Positions 8,545-18,377 of a DNA stretch of 64,000 nt are shown piece after piece. A program made the position numbers and the translations under genes. Source of the DNA: Candidatus Omnitrophota bacterium (GTDB taxonomy: Bacteria > Omnitrophota > Gorgyraeia > Zapsychrales > Zapsychraceae). Where the stretch lies: the NCBI GenBank assembly GCA_023247445.1, contig JAHFGL010000002.1:553-64552 (forward strand), in the 5' to 3' direction. Under the pieces are notes generated by a model. That model saw only the letters and a list, made by a program, of their open reading frames with translations. It was not told the DNA's origin and searched no databases. Within the stretch, counting starts at the first letter, position 1. Every line of letters begins with the position of its first letter.

Positions 8545-9290
8545 TCAGCGATACGTCCCGCTCCAAAGTTCCTGCAGAAAATTTTTGTAGGGAATGATTT
8601 CAATATTTTTAATACGTCGTCGTTTTTTTCTAGGGATACACACACGTAACGTTTCAAATTTTTTTTCTGATAGAATGGCTAATGACTTGAGGTCTTGAGA
8701 AGTTATATTATTTTTGGCCTTGACTTCAATGGCCGTGTGATCACCCAGAATAAAATCCACCTCAAATCCTGAAAGAGATCTCCAGTAGTGGAGAGGCTCA
8801 GCTATTTTGTAATCCCGATAGGCCATCAGTTCATGCATAAAGAATGTTTCCAAGGCTTCGCCAAACTCAGGGCTTCCCGGAGTAAAGGTGCGGTTTTGTA
8901 AGATCCTCGCCAGGCCAATATCAAGAAAATAATATTTTGAGGATACAATGGGCTTCCGTTTTTTAGGTTTATCCCAAGCGGGAAGTTCATGCAAGATCAA
9001 GGTGTCTTTTAAAATTTCAAAATATTCATAAACGGTGGTTCGCTTGACCTGGGCGTCATTGGCAAGATTAGTGAAATTGACAATCGTTGAGTTACAAAAA
9101 GACACTGTTTTTAAAAAACGACTGAAAGCGGGAATATTGCGCACCGCGGCTTCGGCAACAATCTCTTCTTGGAGGTAAGATCCTGCATAGCTTTGAAGAT
9201 CAGTTTGCGGGTCTTCTGAAAAATAAATAGAAGGAAGAAGGCCACGATTAAGCGCTTTGGATAAATCAAAATGTTCACCGAGTTCATAAT
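8545..9290 (-). pseudogene. 5'-truncated AAA+ ATPase/DUF4143-family gene
   Basis: GLLPSIY..SYLQEEI, SKYYFLDIGL, YWRSLSGFEVDFIL and AIEVK motifs. Homology stops near 9290 with no Walker A domain. Confidence 0.75.
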
Positions 9291-9388
9291 CCCTTCGGAT
9301 ACAATTATCGTGCAGAATATTGATAAGCTTAAAGTGATGGATTAAATCACTTTTAGGACTTTCGCGTTTTTTGGGATAAAGAACAAAA

Positions 9389-10636
9389 TTATCGTAATGG
9401 AAATTTGTGTGGATCGAGCGTTAGTTGGCGTAGCTTCGGCGCAAGGATGGTTGTTGCAGAAACAACAAGTAAGGTTATAACGCCTCCAACCCAAACGCAA
9501 GGAATTGTTCCAATGAGATGCGCAACAAATCCACTCTCAAAGGCCCCAATTTCATTTGAAGCTCCAATAAAGATCCATGAGACTGAGGCGACTCGCCCTC
9601 GCATATGATCTGGTGAGAAAAGTCGAACCAATGATCGTCGGATTATCATGCTAACCCCATCAAAAATTCCGCTAAATAATAGCGCAACAAATGATAGCCA
9701 GAAATTTTTGGAAAAGGCAAAGATAATGATGCTAATTCCAAAACCAGCTACACAAATTAATAGATTGCGTCCGGCACGGCGAATTGGTGGATGGTGAGTT
9801 GAGACAAGCATAATAACAAGTGCGCCAATCGCTGGAGCCGCATTAAGGATTCCTAATCCTTTGGCTCCAACATGAAGAATGTCGGTGGCAAAAATTGGAA
9901 GAAGGGCCATCGCGCCACCGAAAAGGACAGCAAATAAATCAAGCGCCATTGAGCCAATCAAAATTTGTTCGCCAAAGACAAATTTTAATCCAACGGCGAT
10001 ACTGGTAAAGATGGATTCACCACGCGTGATCGTTGGTGTCGGTTTTGGTTTAATAAAGAGCATACAAAACCATGAAAGACCAAAGACAAAGGCGATGATC
10101 ATGTACGTGATTATTGGTCCAAAGAGTTCATAAGAGAAACCAGCTAAAACCGGTCCAATGACAGAACATGAAAGCCAGGTGCTGCCGATCCAAGAGGCGG
10201 CGTTGACGGTGAGTTCCCGAGGAACAACTTGGGCTTCAAAGGCGGTTGTGGCGGGATCTGCAAAGCCTCGGGCGATTCCAGCTAAAAAAATTACACCATA
10301 CAGCGCTAAGACGCTTGCGGCATCGGCATCACGCGAAATTATCGCGAGCAACAAGGCACAGATTACGGAAACTATTCGAGCAAGCAAAAGAATTAATCGC
10401 CGATCAGTGCGATCCGCAACATAGCCACCTAAAAGCGATAAAGAAATAGCTGGAATCGCCTCAACTAATCCCAACCATCCTAAGGCCAGTGGACTTTTGG
10501 TTAATTGATAAATTTGAAAGCCGATGACCACAGCGACGGCACGGCTGGCCAAGGTAAAGAGGGAGATGGATCCTAAAAATAATTTTACTTCAGGAAGTCT
10601 TAAAGAAGCTAATGGGTGATGGTTAGTGTCGGTCAT
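9389..10636 (-). CDS. MFS transporter (EntS/H+ antiporter-like)
   Basis: About 12 TM segments, GGYVADRTDRR motif A, PDHMRGRV. Confidence 0.9.
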   Translation of the reverse strand: MTDTNHHPLASLRLPEVKLFLGSISLFTLASRAVAVVIGFQIYQLTKSPLALGWLGLVEAIPAISLSLLGGYVADRTDRRLILLLARIVSVICALLLAIISRDADAASVLALYGVIFLAGIARGFADPATTAFEAQVVPRELTVNAASWIGSTWLSCSVIGPVLAGFSYELFGPIITYMIIAFVFGLSWFCMLFIKPKPTPTITRGESIFTSIAVGLKFVFGEQILIGSMALDLFAVLFGGAMALLPIFATDILHVGAKGLGILNAAPAIGALVIMLVSTHHPPIRRAGRNLLICVAGFGISIIIFAFSKNFWLSFVALLFSGIFDGVSMIIRRSLVRLFSPDHMRGRVASVSWIFIGASNEIGAFESGFVAHLIGTIPCVWVGGVITLLVVSATTILAPKLRQLTLDPHKFPLR

Positions 10637-10733
10637 AATGTAATTAAGGACTGTAGTATATCATCGACTACTTGTCAATTCTTTGGAAATCAGATAATAT
10701 CAGTCTTCAGGATTTCTTAAAAAGGTCATTTAT

Positions 10734-12341
10734 ATGTTTTATTATCTTGCCATTATCGTTATTGCCTTTTCCCTCTATCTTAAGAGTTTATTTTTTGGTT
10801 ATAGCTATTCAGACGACAATATTTGGATATTGAATCATTACTTTATCCTTAAAGATTTTTCTTATCTTCCGCAGTTTTTTACCCAGCCCGATTTCGTTGG
10901 ACATATTTTTTATCGTCCCATCCTTTGTCTCTCCTTTATGGTAGATGCACATTTTTATGGAACAGAACCTTTGGGGTATCATCTTACCAATATTGTGATG
11001 CACGTTATTAGTACGGGGTTACTTTTTATCATTTTAAATAAATTGCATTACAACAAAGAGATAAGTTTTTTGATGAGTCTTATTTTTCTTGTCCATCCGG
11101 TTTTAACCAATGCTGTTGTCTGGATTCCAGGGCGAACAGATTCGCTTTTAGCTATGCCGCTTTTATCGTCGTTTATATTGTTTATGGAGTATGTGGAAAA
11201 ACGGAAGATTGTTTATTTGTTAGGTCATTTTCTTTTATTTATTGTTGCCCTTCTAACAAAGGAATTGGCCGTTATTCTTCCTGTCATTTGTTTTCTGTAC
11301 ATTGTATTCATTGAAAAAGCAGGGAGCATCTTTACAAAAAATAAATGGATAATAGGTGGGTGGATCTTAAGCGTCGGCGGATGGCTTTGGGTTAGAACAT
11401 TAATTTTGAAACACGCCTTGGGAAATGGAGTAAGTCCGAGTCTGGCGATTAAGACAATTTTATCTAATGGGTCAGCATTTCTTACCTATTTAGGAAAAAT
11501 TATTTTTCCTATCAATCTTTCGGTGAGCCCTATTCCGGTCGATATGAGCCTTATCTATGGCGTTATTGCTGTGATTATTTTGAGTTCGCTGTTAATCGTA
11601 TCAAAACATAAACGTAACAATTATATCCTTTTTGGCATGAGCTGGTTTGTTGTGTTTTTAGTTCCATCTTTTGTGATCAGCTATGTGAAATATGAATATA
11701 GAGTTTATCTTCCTATGATTGGATTATTAATTGTATTTCTTGAGCTAGAGTTAACTTATTGGTTTCAAAAGGCTAAATTGTTTTGCGTGGGCGCTTTAAC
11801 CTGCATCATTATTTCGTGTGCGATTGTTTCTTTTAACTATAGTGATAGTTATGAAAATGGAGTTAAGTATTGGCAAAATGCAGCTAAGAATTCTCCACAT
11901 TTAGCCTTGGCTCATCGTAATTTAGGGGCGATGTATTATTTGGCGAATGATTTAGATCAAGCCCAATTAACTTATGAGAAAGCTTTAGAAGTTAATCCCA
12001 CAGAGCCCATGGTTCATAATAATTTAGGACTTATTTATGCACGGAAGAAAATGTTTAAAGAAGCTGAACGAGAATATGTTTTAGAGATTAACAACAATCC
12101 TCGCTATCCAAATTCTTATTATAATTTAGGATTAATGCGGTATTTTGAAAATAAATCTAATGACACCGTCAAATTGTGGAATAAAACTTTGGAGTTAGAC
12201 CCGAATTTTATCGATGCGTATGTTAATTTGGCAAAATTATACGCAAGCGTCGGTCAATTGGACAAGGCCAAATTTTATATTCATCAAATGCAGCAAAAAG
12301 GGATGGCTGTTCCTGCAGGTTTGTTGGAAGTTTTAAAATGA
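10734..12341 (+). CDS. TMTC-like GT-C membrane glycosyltransferase with C-terminal TPRs
   Basis: DD after TM1, FYRP, HPV..AV.WI.GR, LLTKE, EYRVYLP, then TPR repeats. Confidence 0.85.
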   Translation: MFYYLAIIVIAFSLYLKSLFFGYSYSDDNIWILNHYFILKDFSYLPQFFTQPDFVGHIFYRPILCLSFMVDAHFYGTEPLGYHLTNIVMHVISTGLLFIILNKLHYNKEISFLMSLIFLVHPVLTNAVVWIPGRTDSLLAMPLLSSFILFMEYVEKRKIVYLLGHFLLFIVALLTKELAVILPVICFLYIVFIEKAGSIFTKNKWIIGGWILSVGGWLWVRTLILKHALGNGVSPSLAIKTILSNGSAFLTYLGKIIFPINLSVSPIPVDMSLIYGVIAVIILSSLLIVSKHKRNNYILFGMSWFVVFLVPSFVISYVKYEYRVYLPMIGLLIVFLELELTYWFQKAKLFCVGALTCIIISCAIVSFNYSDSYENGVKYWQNAAKNSPHLALAHRNLGAMYYLANDLDQAQLTYEKALEVNPTEPMVHNNLGLIYARKKMFKEAEREYVLEINNNPRYPNSYYNLGLMRYFENKSNDTVKLWNKTLELDPNFIDAYVNLAKLYASVGQLDKAKFYIHQMQQKGMAVPAGLLEVLK

Positions 12342-12444
12342 TCATCGTCAATGGTCGTGGCTGCGATCAAATAATCAAATCTTGCATAAAGCCCCAACCC
12401 AAGCTAAAATCGAACATTCTAAGAAGCTAAAAATTTAGGACATT

Positions 12445-13497
12445 ATGAGTAAAAATAATCATTTATATGTTGTTATTTTAGCGGGTGGGTCGGGCACGCG
12501 GTTTTGGCCGCTGAGCAGGCGTCATAAGCCGAAACAGTTTTTGAATATTATGGCGGATGGGACGTTACTTGAGAAAACCATCGAACGTGTTTTGCCCATT
12601 GTTGATCCTCGCCAAATTTTGATCGTTACCAACGCGGCGTATAAGAAAGATATTCTCAGTCATGCCCGCAATGTTGGTATTCCTGATGACAATATCTTTT
12701 GGGAACCTTCTGGAAAGAATACTGCCCCGGCAGTTTTATGGGCGGCAACCGCGATTCATAAGCTTGACCCATCGGCGGTGATGGTCGTTCTGCCTTCTGA
12801 TCATTTGATTTTAAATAGTATTGAGTTTCTTCAGGTTTTAGGTAAGGCTGATGCGTTGGCCAGGGAAAATTATTTGGTGACGCTTGGCATTGTGCCAACG
12901 CGGCCGGATACAGGCTTTGGATATCTAAAGACGAAGAAATCAAAAGATAAAAAAGTTTTGATCGTTGAAAAGTTTACAGAAAAACCAAATTTAGCCAAGG
13001 CCAAGCAATTTCTAAAGAATAAAAACTATTTTTGGAATAGTGGGATGTTTATATGGAAGACTTCTGCGATTCTTGGCGCATTTGAAAAATATTTGCCGCA
13101 GGCTTATCGTTTGATGGACCAAAATATTAATAACGTTAAACGTGTATGGCCCAAGCTGCCCAGCATCTCAGTTGATTACGCTATTCTAGAGAAGGCCACC
13201 AACGTCGCCGCGGTTGCCGCCCCAAATATTCAGTGGTCAGATGTGGGAAGCTGGGAATCGTTGGCCGATGTGCTTGCCAAAGATCAATGTGGCAATATTC
13301 ATCGTGGAGAAGTGCTTGCGCTCGACTGTCAAAACACACTTATTATTGGACACGAAAAGCTCATCGCCACGGTTGGCCTGAAAGATTTTATTGTCATTGA
13401 TACGAAAGATGCGTTACTTATTTGCCCCAAAAATGCCTCACAAAAAGTAAAGGACATTGTTTTAACCCTCCAGCGTGATAATCCAACGTTAACTTGA
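12445..13497 (+). CDS. manC: Mannose-1-phosphate guanylyltransferase
   Basis: ILAGGSGTRFWPLSR..PKQFL, EP.GKNTAPA, WNSGMF, WSDVGSW. Confidence 0.95.
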   Translation: MSKNNHLYVVILAGGSGTRFWPLSRRHKPKQFLNIMADGTLLEKTIERVLPIVDPRQILIVTNAAYKKDILSHARNVGIPDDNIFWEPSGKNTAPAVLWAATAIHKLDPSAVMVVLPSDHLILNSIEFLQVLGKADALARENYLVTLGIVPTRPDTGFGYLKTKKSKDKKVLIVEKFTEKPNLAKAKQFLKNKNYFWNSGMFIWKTSAILGAFEKYLPQAYRLMDQNINNVKRVWPKLPSISVDYAILEKATNVAAVAAPNIQWSDVGSWESLADVLAKDQCGNIHRGEVLALDCQNTLIIGHEKLIATVGLKDFIVIDTKDALLICPKNASQKVKDIVLTLQRDNPTLT

Positions 13498-13499
13498 CG

Positions 13500-14585
13500 A
13501 TGAGTTTTAAAGAAAATCCCCCTCAGAAGATTTTGATTATCAATATTTTTGGTATTGGTGATGTTTTATTTACCACGCCACTTATCAGCAATTTAAAGGC
13601 TCAGTATCCAAATATCAAAATCGGATATCTCTGTAATCGTCGGACAGAATCGGTTCTGCGAAGTTACTCTAAGGTTGATCAGGTTTTTGTCTACGAGCGC
13701 GATGAGTTTAATCAGCTTTACCGTAAGTCCAAAATTGGTTTCGTCAAAGCCATGCTTGAATTTTGGCGAACGATTAAAAGAGAACGTTATGATGTGGTGA
13801 TTGATGTTTCGTTAAGTAGTTTTACTTCGTTTTTTACGTGGGCCATTGGTATTAAGGAACGCATTGGATTTAATTACAAAAATCGTAGTCGATGGTTGAG
13901 TAAAAAAATTAATTTAGAAGGATACGAAGGTCGGCATGTGGTTGATTATTATTTGAGCTTGCTCGATGATTTAGGTGTTGCCAGTAAGGTAAGAGATTTA
14001 GAAATTCCTATTTCTATCCAAGATGAGGAATGGGTCGGGTCGTTTTTAAAGAATAATAAAATAGCGGATAAAAAATATCTTATTGGTTTGGTTCCTGGCG
14101 GCGGCGCAAGTTGGGGAAAGGATGCGATCTACAAGCGTTGGGCGCCGGCTAATTATGCGAAATTAGCCGACAAAATGATTGAAAAATATGCGGCCGTTAT
14201 TATACTGGTTGGAGATCAGAAAGAAGAGGCGCTTTGTCGTGAAGTTTCTCGCCTCATGCAGCATCCTTCGTTGGTCGTCTGTGGACAAACCACTATCAGT
14301 CAATTCGGGGCGCTTGCTAAAAAAAGTTCTTTGATGGTTTTAAACGACGGTGGACCGCTGCACATGGCGGTGGCCGCTGGCGCTAAAACTATTTCCATTT
14401 TTGGACCGGTGGATGAAAAAGTGTATGGTCCTTATTCAAGTCAAGGAAGGCATGTGGTTGTTACTAAAAATTTGCCGTGTCGACCCTGTTATAGGCAGTT
14501 TCGCCGCGCGAGTTGTACACATATCAGCTGTCTTCAACAAATAACCGTAGAGGATGTTTTATCCCTCGTTTCATTAGATTTGTAA
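13500..14585 (+). CDS. GT9 LPS heptosyltransferase (WaaF-like)
   Basis: GIGDVLFTTP, KRW, NDGGPLHMAVA, IFGP and CRPC..C..C. Confidence 0.9.
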   Translation: MSFKENPPQKILIINIFGIGDVLFTTPLISNLKAQYPNIKIGYLCNRRTESVLRSYSKVDQVFVYERDEFNQLYRKSKIGFVKAMLEFWRTIKRERYDVVIDVSLSSFTSFFTWAIGIKERIGFNYKNRSRWLSKKINLEGYEGRHVVDYYLSLLDDLGVASKVRDLEIPISIQDEEWVGSFLKNNKIADKKYLIGLVPGGGASWGKDAIYKRWAPANYAKLADKMIEKYAAVIILVGDQKEEALCREVSRLMQHPSLVVCGQTTISQFGALAKKSSLMVLNDGGPLHMAVAAGAKTISIFGPVDEKVYGPYSSQGRHVVVTKNLPCRPCYRQFRRASCTHISCLQQITVEDVLSLVSLDL

Positions 14586-14688
14586 TATATAAAATAAATT
14601 AGAAAGACGAGGGATAATACCGCGCTCTTCTAAAATTAAATGTTGCAAATATTTTGAAGCGCGGTATAGGAAAGGTAGAGCAATTGTT

Positions 14689-15792
14689 ATGAACGTTCCA
14701 TTTATAGATTTTACTGAGCAATATCAGTTAATTAAAGATGAAGTTAATAGCGGTTTAAAAACCGTTTTTGAAAAAGCAAATTTTATTCTCGGCAAAGAAG
14801 TTGTCGATTTTGAAAATCAATTCGCCCGTTACTGCGATGCCAAATATGGCGTCGGGGTAAACTCTGGAACGGACGCGCTATATCTGGCGATGGCCGCCCT
14901 TAATCTTGAACCGGGGGATGAAGTAATTGTTCCTTCATTTACCTTTATTGCCACTGCACTTTGTGTTTCTTATACTGGTGCGACTGTTGTTTTTGCTGAT
15001 ATTGAAGATGAGACCTACAACATTGATCCTGTCAAATTAAGCAAAATTATTACCAAAAAGACAAAGGCCATTATTCCTGTTCATATTTACGGTCAGCCGT
15101 CGAATATGAAAGAGATTATGATTTTGGCCAAGAAAAATAAAATCACAGTTGTTGAAGATGCCGCTCAGGCGCATGGCGCAACATATCAGGGGAAAAGAGT
15201 AGGCGCGCTTGGCGACATTTCTTGTTTTAGTTTTTATCCAACGAAAAGTTTGGGCGCATTTGGTGATGCGGGCATGTTAGTTACAAACGACGAAAAGATT
15301 GCCAGGACCGCCGAGATGTTACGCGATTATGGTCGCAGCAGTCGCTATGATCACAAGGTTAAAGGTTACAATTCTCGAATGGATACGATTCAGGCGGTTG
15401 TCCTTTTGGAAAAATTAAAACATTTGGATGGATGGAACAAGATGCGTAACGACGCAGCGGCTTATTATTGTCAGCTATTAAAAGGCGTCAAGGCCGTTAC
15501 GACCCCAACGATTAAGTCAGATCGAACCCATGTTTTTCAAACGTTTGCAGTTCGTGTGAAAAATCGCGACAAGGTTGTGGAATCGCTTAAGAAAAAAGGA
15601 ATTAGCGTTTTGGTTCATTATCCGATTCCACTTCACCTTCAAGAAGCGTATGCAGATTTGGGTTACAAACGCGGCGATTTTCCTGTTTCTGAAAAAATCT
15701 CTAATGAAATTCTTTCATTACCGATGTATCCACATATTAAAAAAGAACAGATTGAATATGTCTGTGACTCTTTAAAAGAATTGGTTAAATAA
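14689..15792 (+). CDS. DegT/DnrJ/EryC1/StrS sugar aminotransferase
   Basis: NSGTDAL, EDAAQAHGA, FSFYPTKSLGAFGDAG. Confidence 0.95.
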   Translation: MNVPFIDFTEQYQLIKDEVNSGLKTVFEKANFILGKEVVDFENQFARYCDAKYGVGVNSGTDALYLAMAALNLEPGDEVIVPSFTFIATALCVSYTGATVVFADIEDETYNIDPVKLSKIITKKTKAIIPVHIYGQPSNMKEIMILAKKNKITVVEDAAQAHGATYQGKRVGALGDISCFSFYPTKSLGAFGDAGMLVTNDEKIARTAEMLRDYGRSSRYDHKVKGYNSRMDTIQAVVLLEKLKHLDGWNKMRNDAAAYYCQLLKGVKAVTTPTIKSDRTHVFQTFAVRVKNRDKVVESLKKKGISVLVHYPIPLHLQEAYADLGYKRGDFPVSEKISNEILSLPMYPHIKKEQIEYVCDSLKELVK

Positions 15793-15793
15793 T

Positions 15794-16567
15794 ATGAGTA
15801 AAGTCCCGTTAGCAGTTGTTGTCATTACTAAAAATGAAGAAGCCAATATCGACATGTGCTTAGGAAGTGTGTATGGTTGGGCGGATGAGATTATTGTTGT
15901 TGATGATGAAAGCCGCGACCGCACAGTTGAGCTCAGCAAAAAATATACCAATAAAATTTTTCATCGCAAGATGGATAATGAAGGCAAGCATCGCAATTGG
16001 GCCTACGCGCAGGCGAAGAATGAATGGGTCTTAAGTTTAGATGCCGATGAATATGTCAGCGATCAGTTAAAAGAAGAGATCGCAAAGACGCTGGCTAACA
16101 CAAAATTTCATGCCTTTTCAATTCCACTTCGTAATTACATTGGAACATATTGGGTTCAGCATTCTGGCTGGTATCCCGCTGGGAAGCTGCGACTTTTCAT
16201 GAGAAGCCGGTTTAAATATGAAGAAGTCGAAGTTCATCCACGCGTATTTCTAGAAGGCGACACGGGTCATTTGACCAAAGATATTGTTCATAAAGGCTAT
16301 CCAGACTTTGAACATTTCTTGGGAAGTTTAAATCGGCAGACCACACTTGAAGCACGAAAATGGATTCAAACCGGACGCAAGATGAGTTTAGGTCGAGCGA
16401 TCTGGCGCACGATTGATCGTTTTCCACGATCATTCATCGGTAAGAAAGGTTACAAAGACGGATTTGTTGGTTTTATGATTGCTTTTTTTGCGTCGTTGTA
16501 TCAAATCATGAGCTACGCCAAATATTGGGAAATGAAAAATTTACATCAGGACAATATAAAACACTAA
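15794..16567 (+). CDS. GT2 glycosyltransferase (WaaE/KdtX-like)
   Basis: ITKNEE, VVDDES.DRT, WVLSLDADE. Confidence 0.9.
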   Translation: MSKVPLAVVVITKNEEANIDMCLGSVYGWADEIIVVDDESRDRTVELSKKYTNKIFHRKMDNEGKHRNWAYAQAKNEWVLSLDADEYVSDQLKEEIAKTLANTKFHAFSIPLRNYIGTYWVQHSGWYPAGKLRLFMRSRFKYEEVEVHPRVFLEGDTGHLTKDIVHKGYPDFEHFLGSLNRQTTLEARKWIQTGRKMSLGRAIWRTIDRFPRSFIGKKGYKDGFVGFMIAFFASLYQIMSYAKYWEMKNLHQDNIKH

Positions 16568-16671
16568 ACACAAAACTCTAAATAAACTTAAAATCCAAAT
16601 GCTAAAGTTTTAAACTTTTAGTTTTGTATTTTGAGTTTATTTAGAGTTTAGAGTTTTGGATTTAGGGTTTT
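16558..16671. repeat. Inverted degenerate 7-mer tandem-repeat element (empty)
   Basis: A/C-rich arm (AAACACT AAACACA AAACTCT...) followed by its reverse complement (...AGAGTTT TGGATTT AGGGTTT). Confidence 0.85.
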
Positions 16672-16679
16672 CAAAAAAG

Positions 16680-17276
16680 ATGAAACTAGTTTTCTTAGAT
16701 AGAGATGGCGTCATTAATGAATTTCCAGGTAATGGAAATTACGTCACTAAATTAAAAGAGTTCCATTTTATTCCTGGATCGCTTGATGCCTTGCGTCTGT
16801 TATCTAATGAAGGGTATTCGATTTTTGTCATTTCAAATCAGGCTGGCGTTGGCAAAGGCATTTACTCGAAACAAAAATTAAATCATATTACTCGTAACAT
16901 GCTTAAGGAAGTTAAAAGCGTTGGGGCTAAGATTAAGAAAGTATTTTATTGTATGCATCCATCTAGCGCAGGCTGCGATTGTAGAAAGCCAGGGATTGGA
17001 TTACTTCGCCGGGCACTTGAATCAATGAACAAGAGTATCCATGCGGCAAAGAAGGCCTTTTTTGTCGGTGACACCGAAGTCGATATTTTAGCCGGACACA
17101 ACGCTGGATGTAAAACAATCTTTGTTTTGTCGGGCCGTGAAGATTATCGTCATATGCGCGGCTGGAAAGTGCGACCAGATTACGTTGCCAAAGATCTTTT
17201 AGAGGCGGCGCTGATCATTAATCAGGAAAGTTCATCGCGTTCTGCGCTAAGTAGAAAACGAGCTTCAAGAAAATAA
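16680..17276 (+). CDS. gmhB: D,D-heptose 1,7-bisphosphate phosphatase (HAD family)
   Basis: FLDRDGVIN, SNQAGV, C.H....CDCRKP, VGD...DI. Confidence 0.9.
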   Translation: MKLVFLDRDGVINEFPGNGNYVTKLKEFHFIPGSLDALRLLSNEGYSIFVISNQAGVGKGIYSKQKLNHITRNMLKEVKSVGAKIKKVFYCMHPSSAGCDCRKPGIGLLRRALESMNKSIHAAKKAFFVGDTEVDILAGHNAGCKTIFVLSGREDYRHMRGWKVRPDYVAKDLLEAALIINQESSSRSALSRKRASRK

Positions 17277-17291
17277 ATCTCTTCACTATTT

Positions 17292-18377
17292 ATGAAAATT
17301 CTCGTTGTTCATGCCAGTGCTGGTGCCGGTCATACGAAAGCTGCAGAGGCGCTCTATCAAGGCTTAATTAAAAATCCTGCCAATAAAGTAACCATTATTG
17401 ATTCTCTTGATTACACAAGTCCGTCATTTAAGAATTTATATCGCGGCAGTTATACTTTTTTTGTTACGAAAATTCCTGGGGTGTGGGGATTTTGTTTTTG
17501 GCTTCTCGATCAGGACTGGTTGCAGCCGTTGGTCAAGCTTGGTCGTCGGATATACAATGGTTGTAATGCTGGGAAATTAGAGAAACTTCTTAAGGAAGAA
17601 AATTTTGATTACATTTTTTCTACACATTTTTTGGCCAGTGAAGTCGCTCCGGCGTTAAAACGCAAGGGACTGATTACTTCTAAGATTGTAACAATCGTAA
17701 CAGATTTTGATGTCCACCGAATTTGGTTAGCCCAAGGCACAGATTCTTATACTGTCGCCAGTCCATGGACAAAGGAAAAGATAAAAAGTTTGGGCGTTGA
17801 TGATAAACAAATTTTTGTCACCGGCATTCCAACGGATGAGAAATTTGCCAGACAATTTGATAAATTAGAAGCAAAGAAGAAGCTTGGGCTCGAGCCTAAT
17901 GCCTTTACAGTTTTGATGGCGACCGGTTCGTTTGGAACAGGACCACTTGAAGAAATTTTAGAAGCCCTCAAAGGTTTCCAGGTCGTCGTTGTCTGTGGAC
18001 ACAATAAAGCTCTTTATGAAAAATTAAGTCAGACACAAAGACCACTCGTTAAGATTCTGGGTTTGGTTAATAATATGCCAGATATCATGGCTGCGGCGGA
18101 TGTGATGGTCACCAAGCCGGGTGGATTATCTATTTCGGAGGCCTTGATCAGTTTTTTGCCACTTATTTTCTTTAATCCCATTCCTGGACAAGAGACGAAT
18201 AATATAATGGTTCTTAAAAAATATGGCATCGGTATTAGTGATTGCACGATTCCACAGATAGCTGACGAACTTCAAAAGTTTCGATCATCACCCGATTTAT
18301 TTGTAACGGCCGTTAAAAAGACTCAGCTTTTAGCTTGCCCAAATGCTGTCCGTGATATTATTGCGTTAATAAAATGA
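17292..18377 (+). CDS. MGDG synthase/UgtP-like GT28 glycosyltransferase
   Basis: GAGHTKAA, STHF, VTDF, TGIP, TKPGGLS.SEAL, PIPGQE. Confidence 0.9.
   Translation: MKILVVHASAGAGHTKAAEALYQGLIKNPANKVTIIDSLDYTSPSFKNLYRGSYTFFVTKIPGVWGFCFWLLDQDWLQPLVKLGRRIYNGCNAGKLEKLLKEENFDYIFSTHFLASEVAPALKRKGLITSKIVTIVTDFDVHRIWLAQGTDSYTVASPWTKEKIKSLGVDDKQIFVTGIPTDEKFARQFDKLEAKKKLGLEPNAFTVLMATGSFGTGPLEEILEALKGFQVVVVCGHNKALYEKLSQTQRPLVKILGLVNNMPDIMAAADVMVTKPGGLSISEALISFLPLIFFNPIPGQETNNIMVLKKYGIGISDCTIPQIADELQKFRSSPDLFVTAVKKTQLLACPNAVRDIIALIK

Noticed and set aside
14617-14667. Intergenic hairpin ATACCGCGCT/AGCGCGGTAT as a terminator or riboswitch
   Set aside because: It has no U-tract and no aptamer motif, and no function can be supported.
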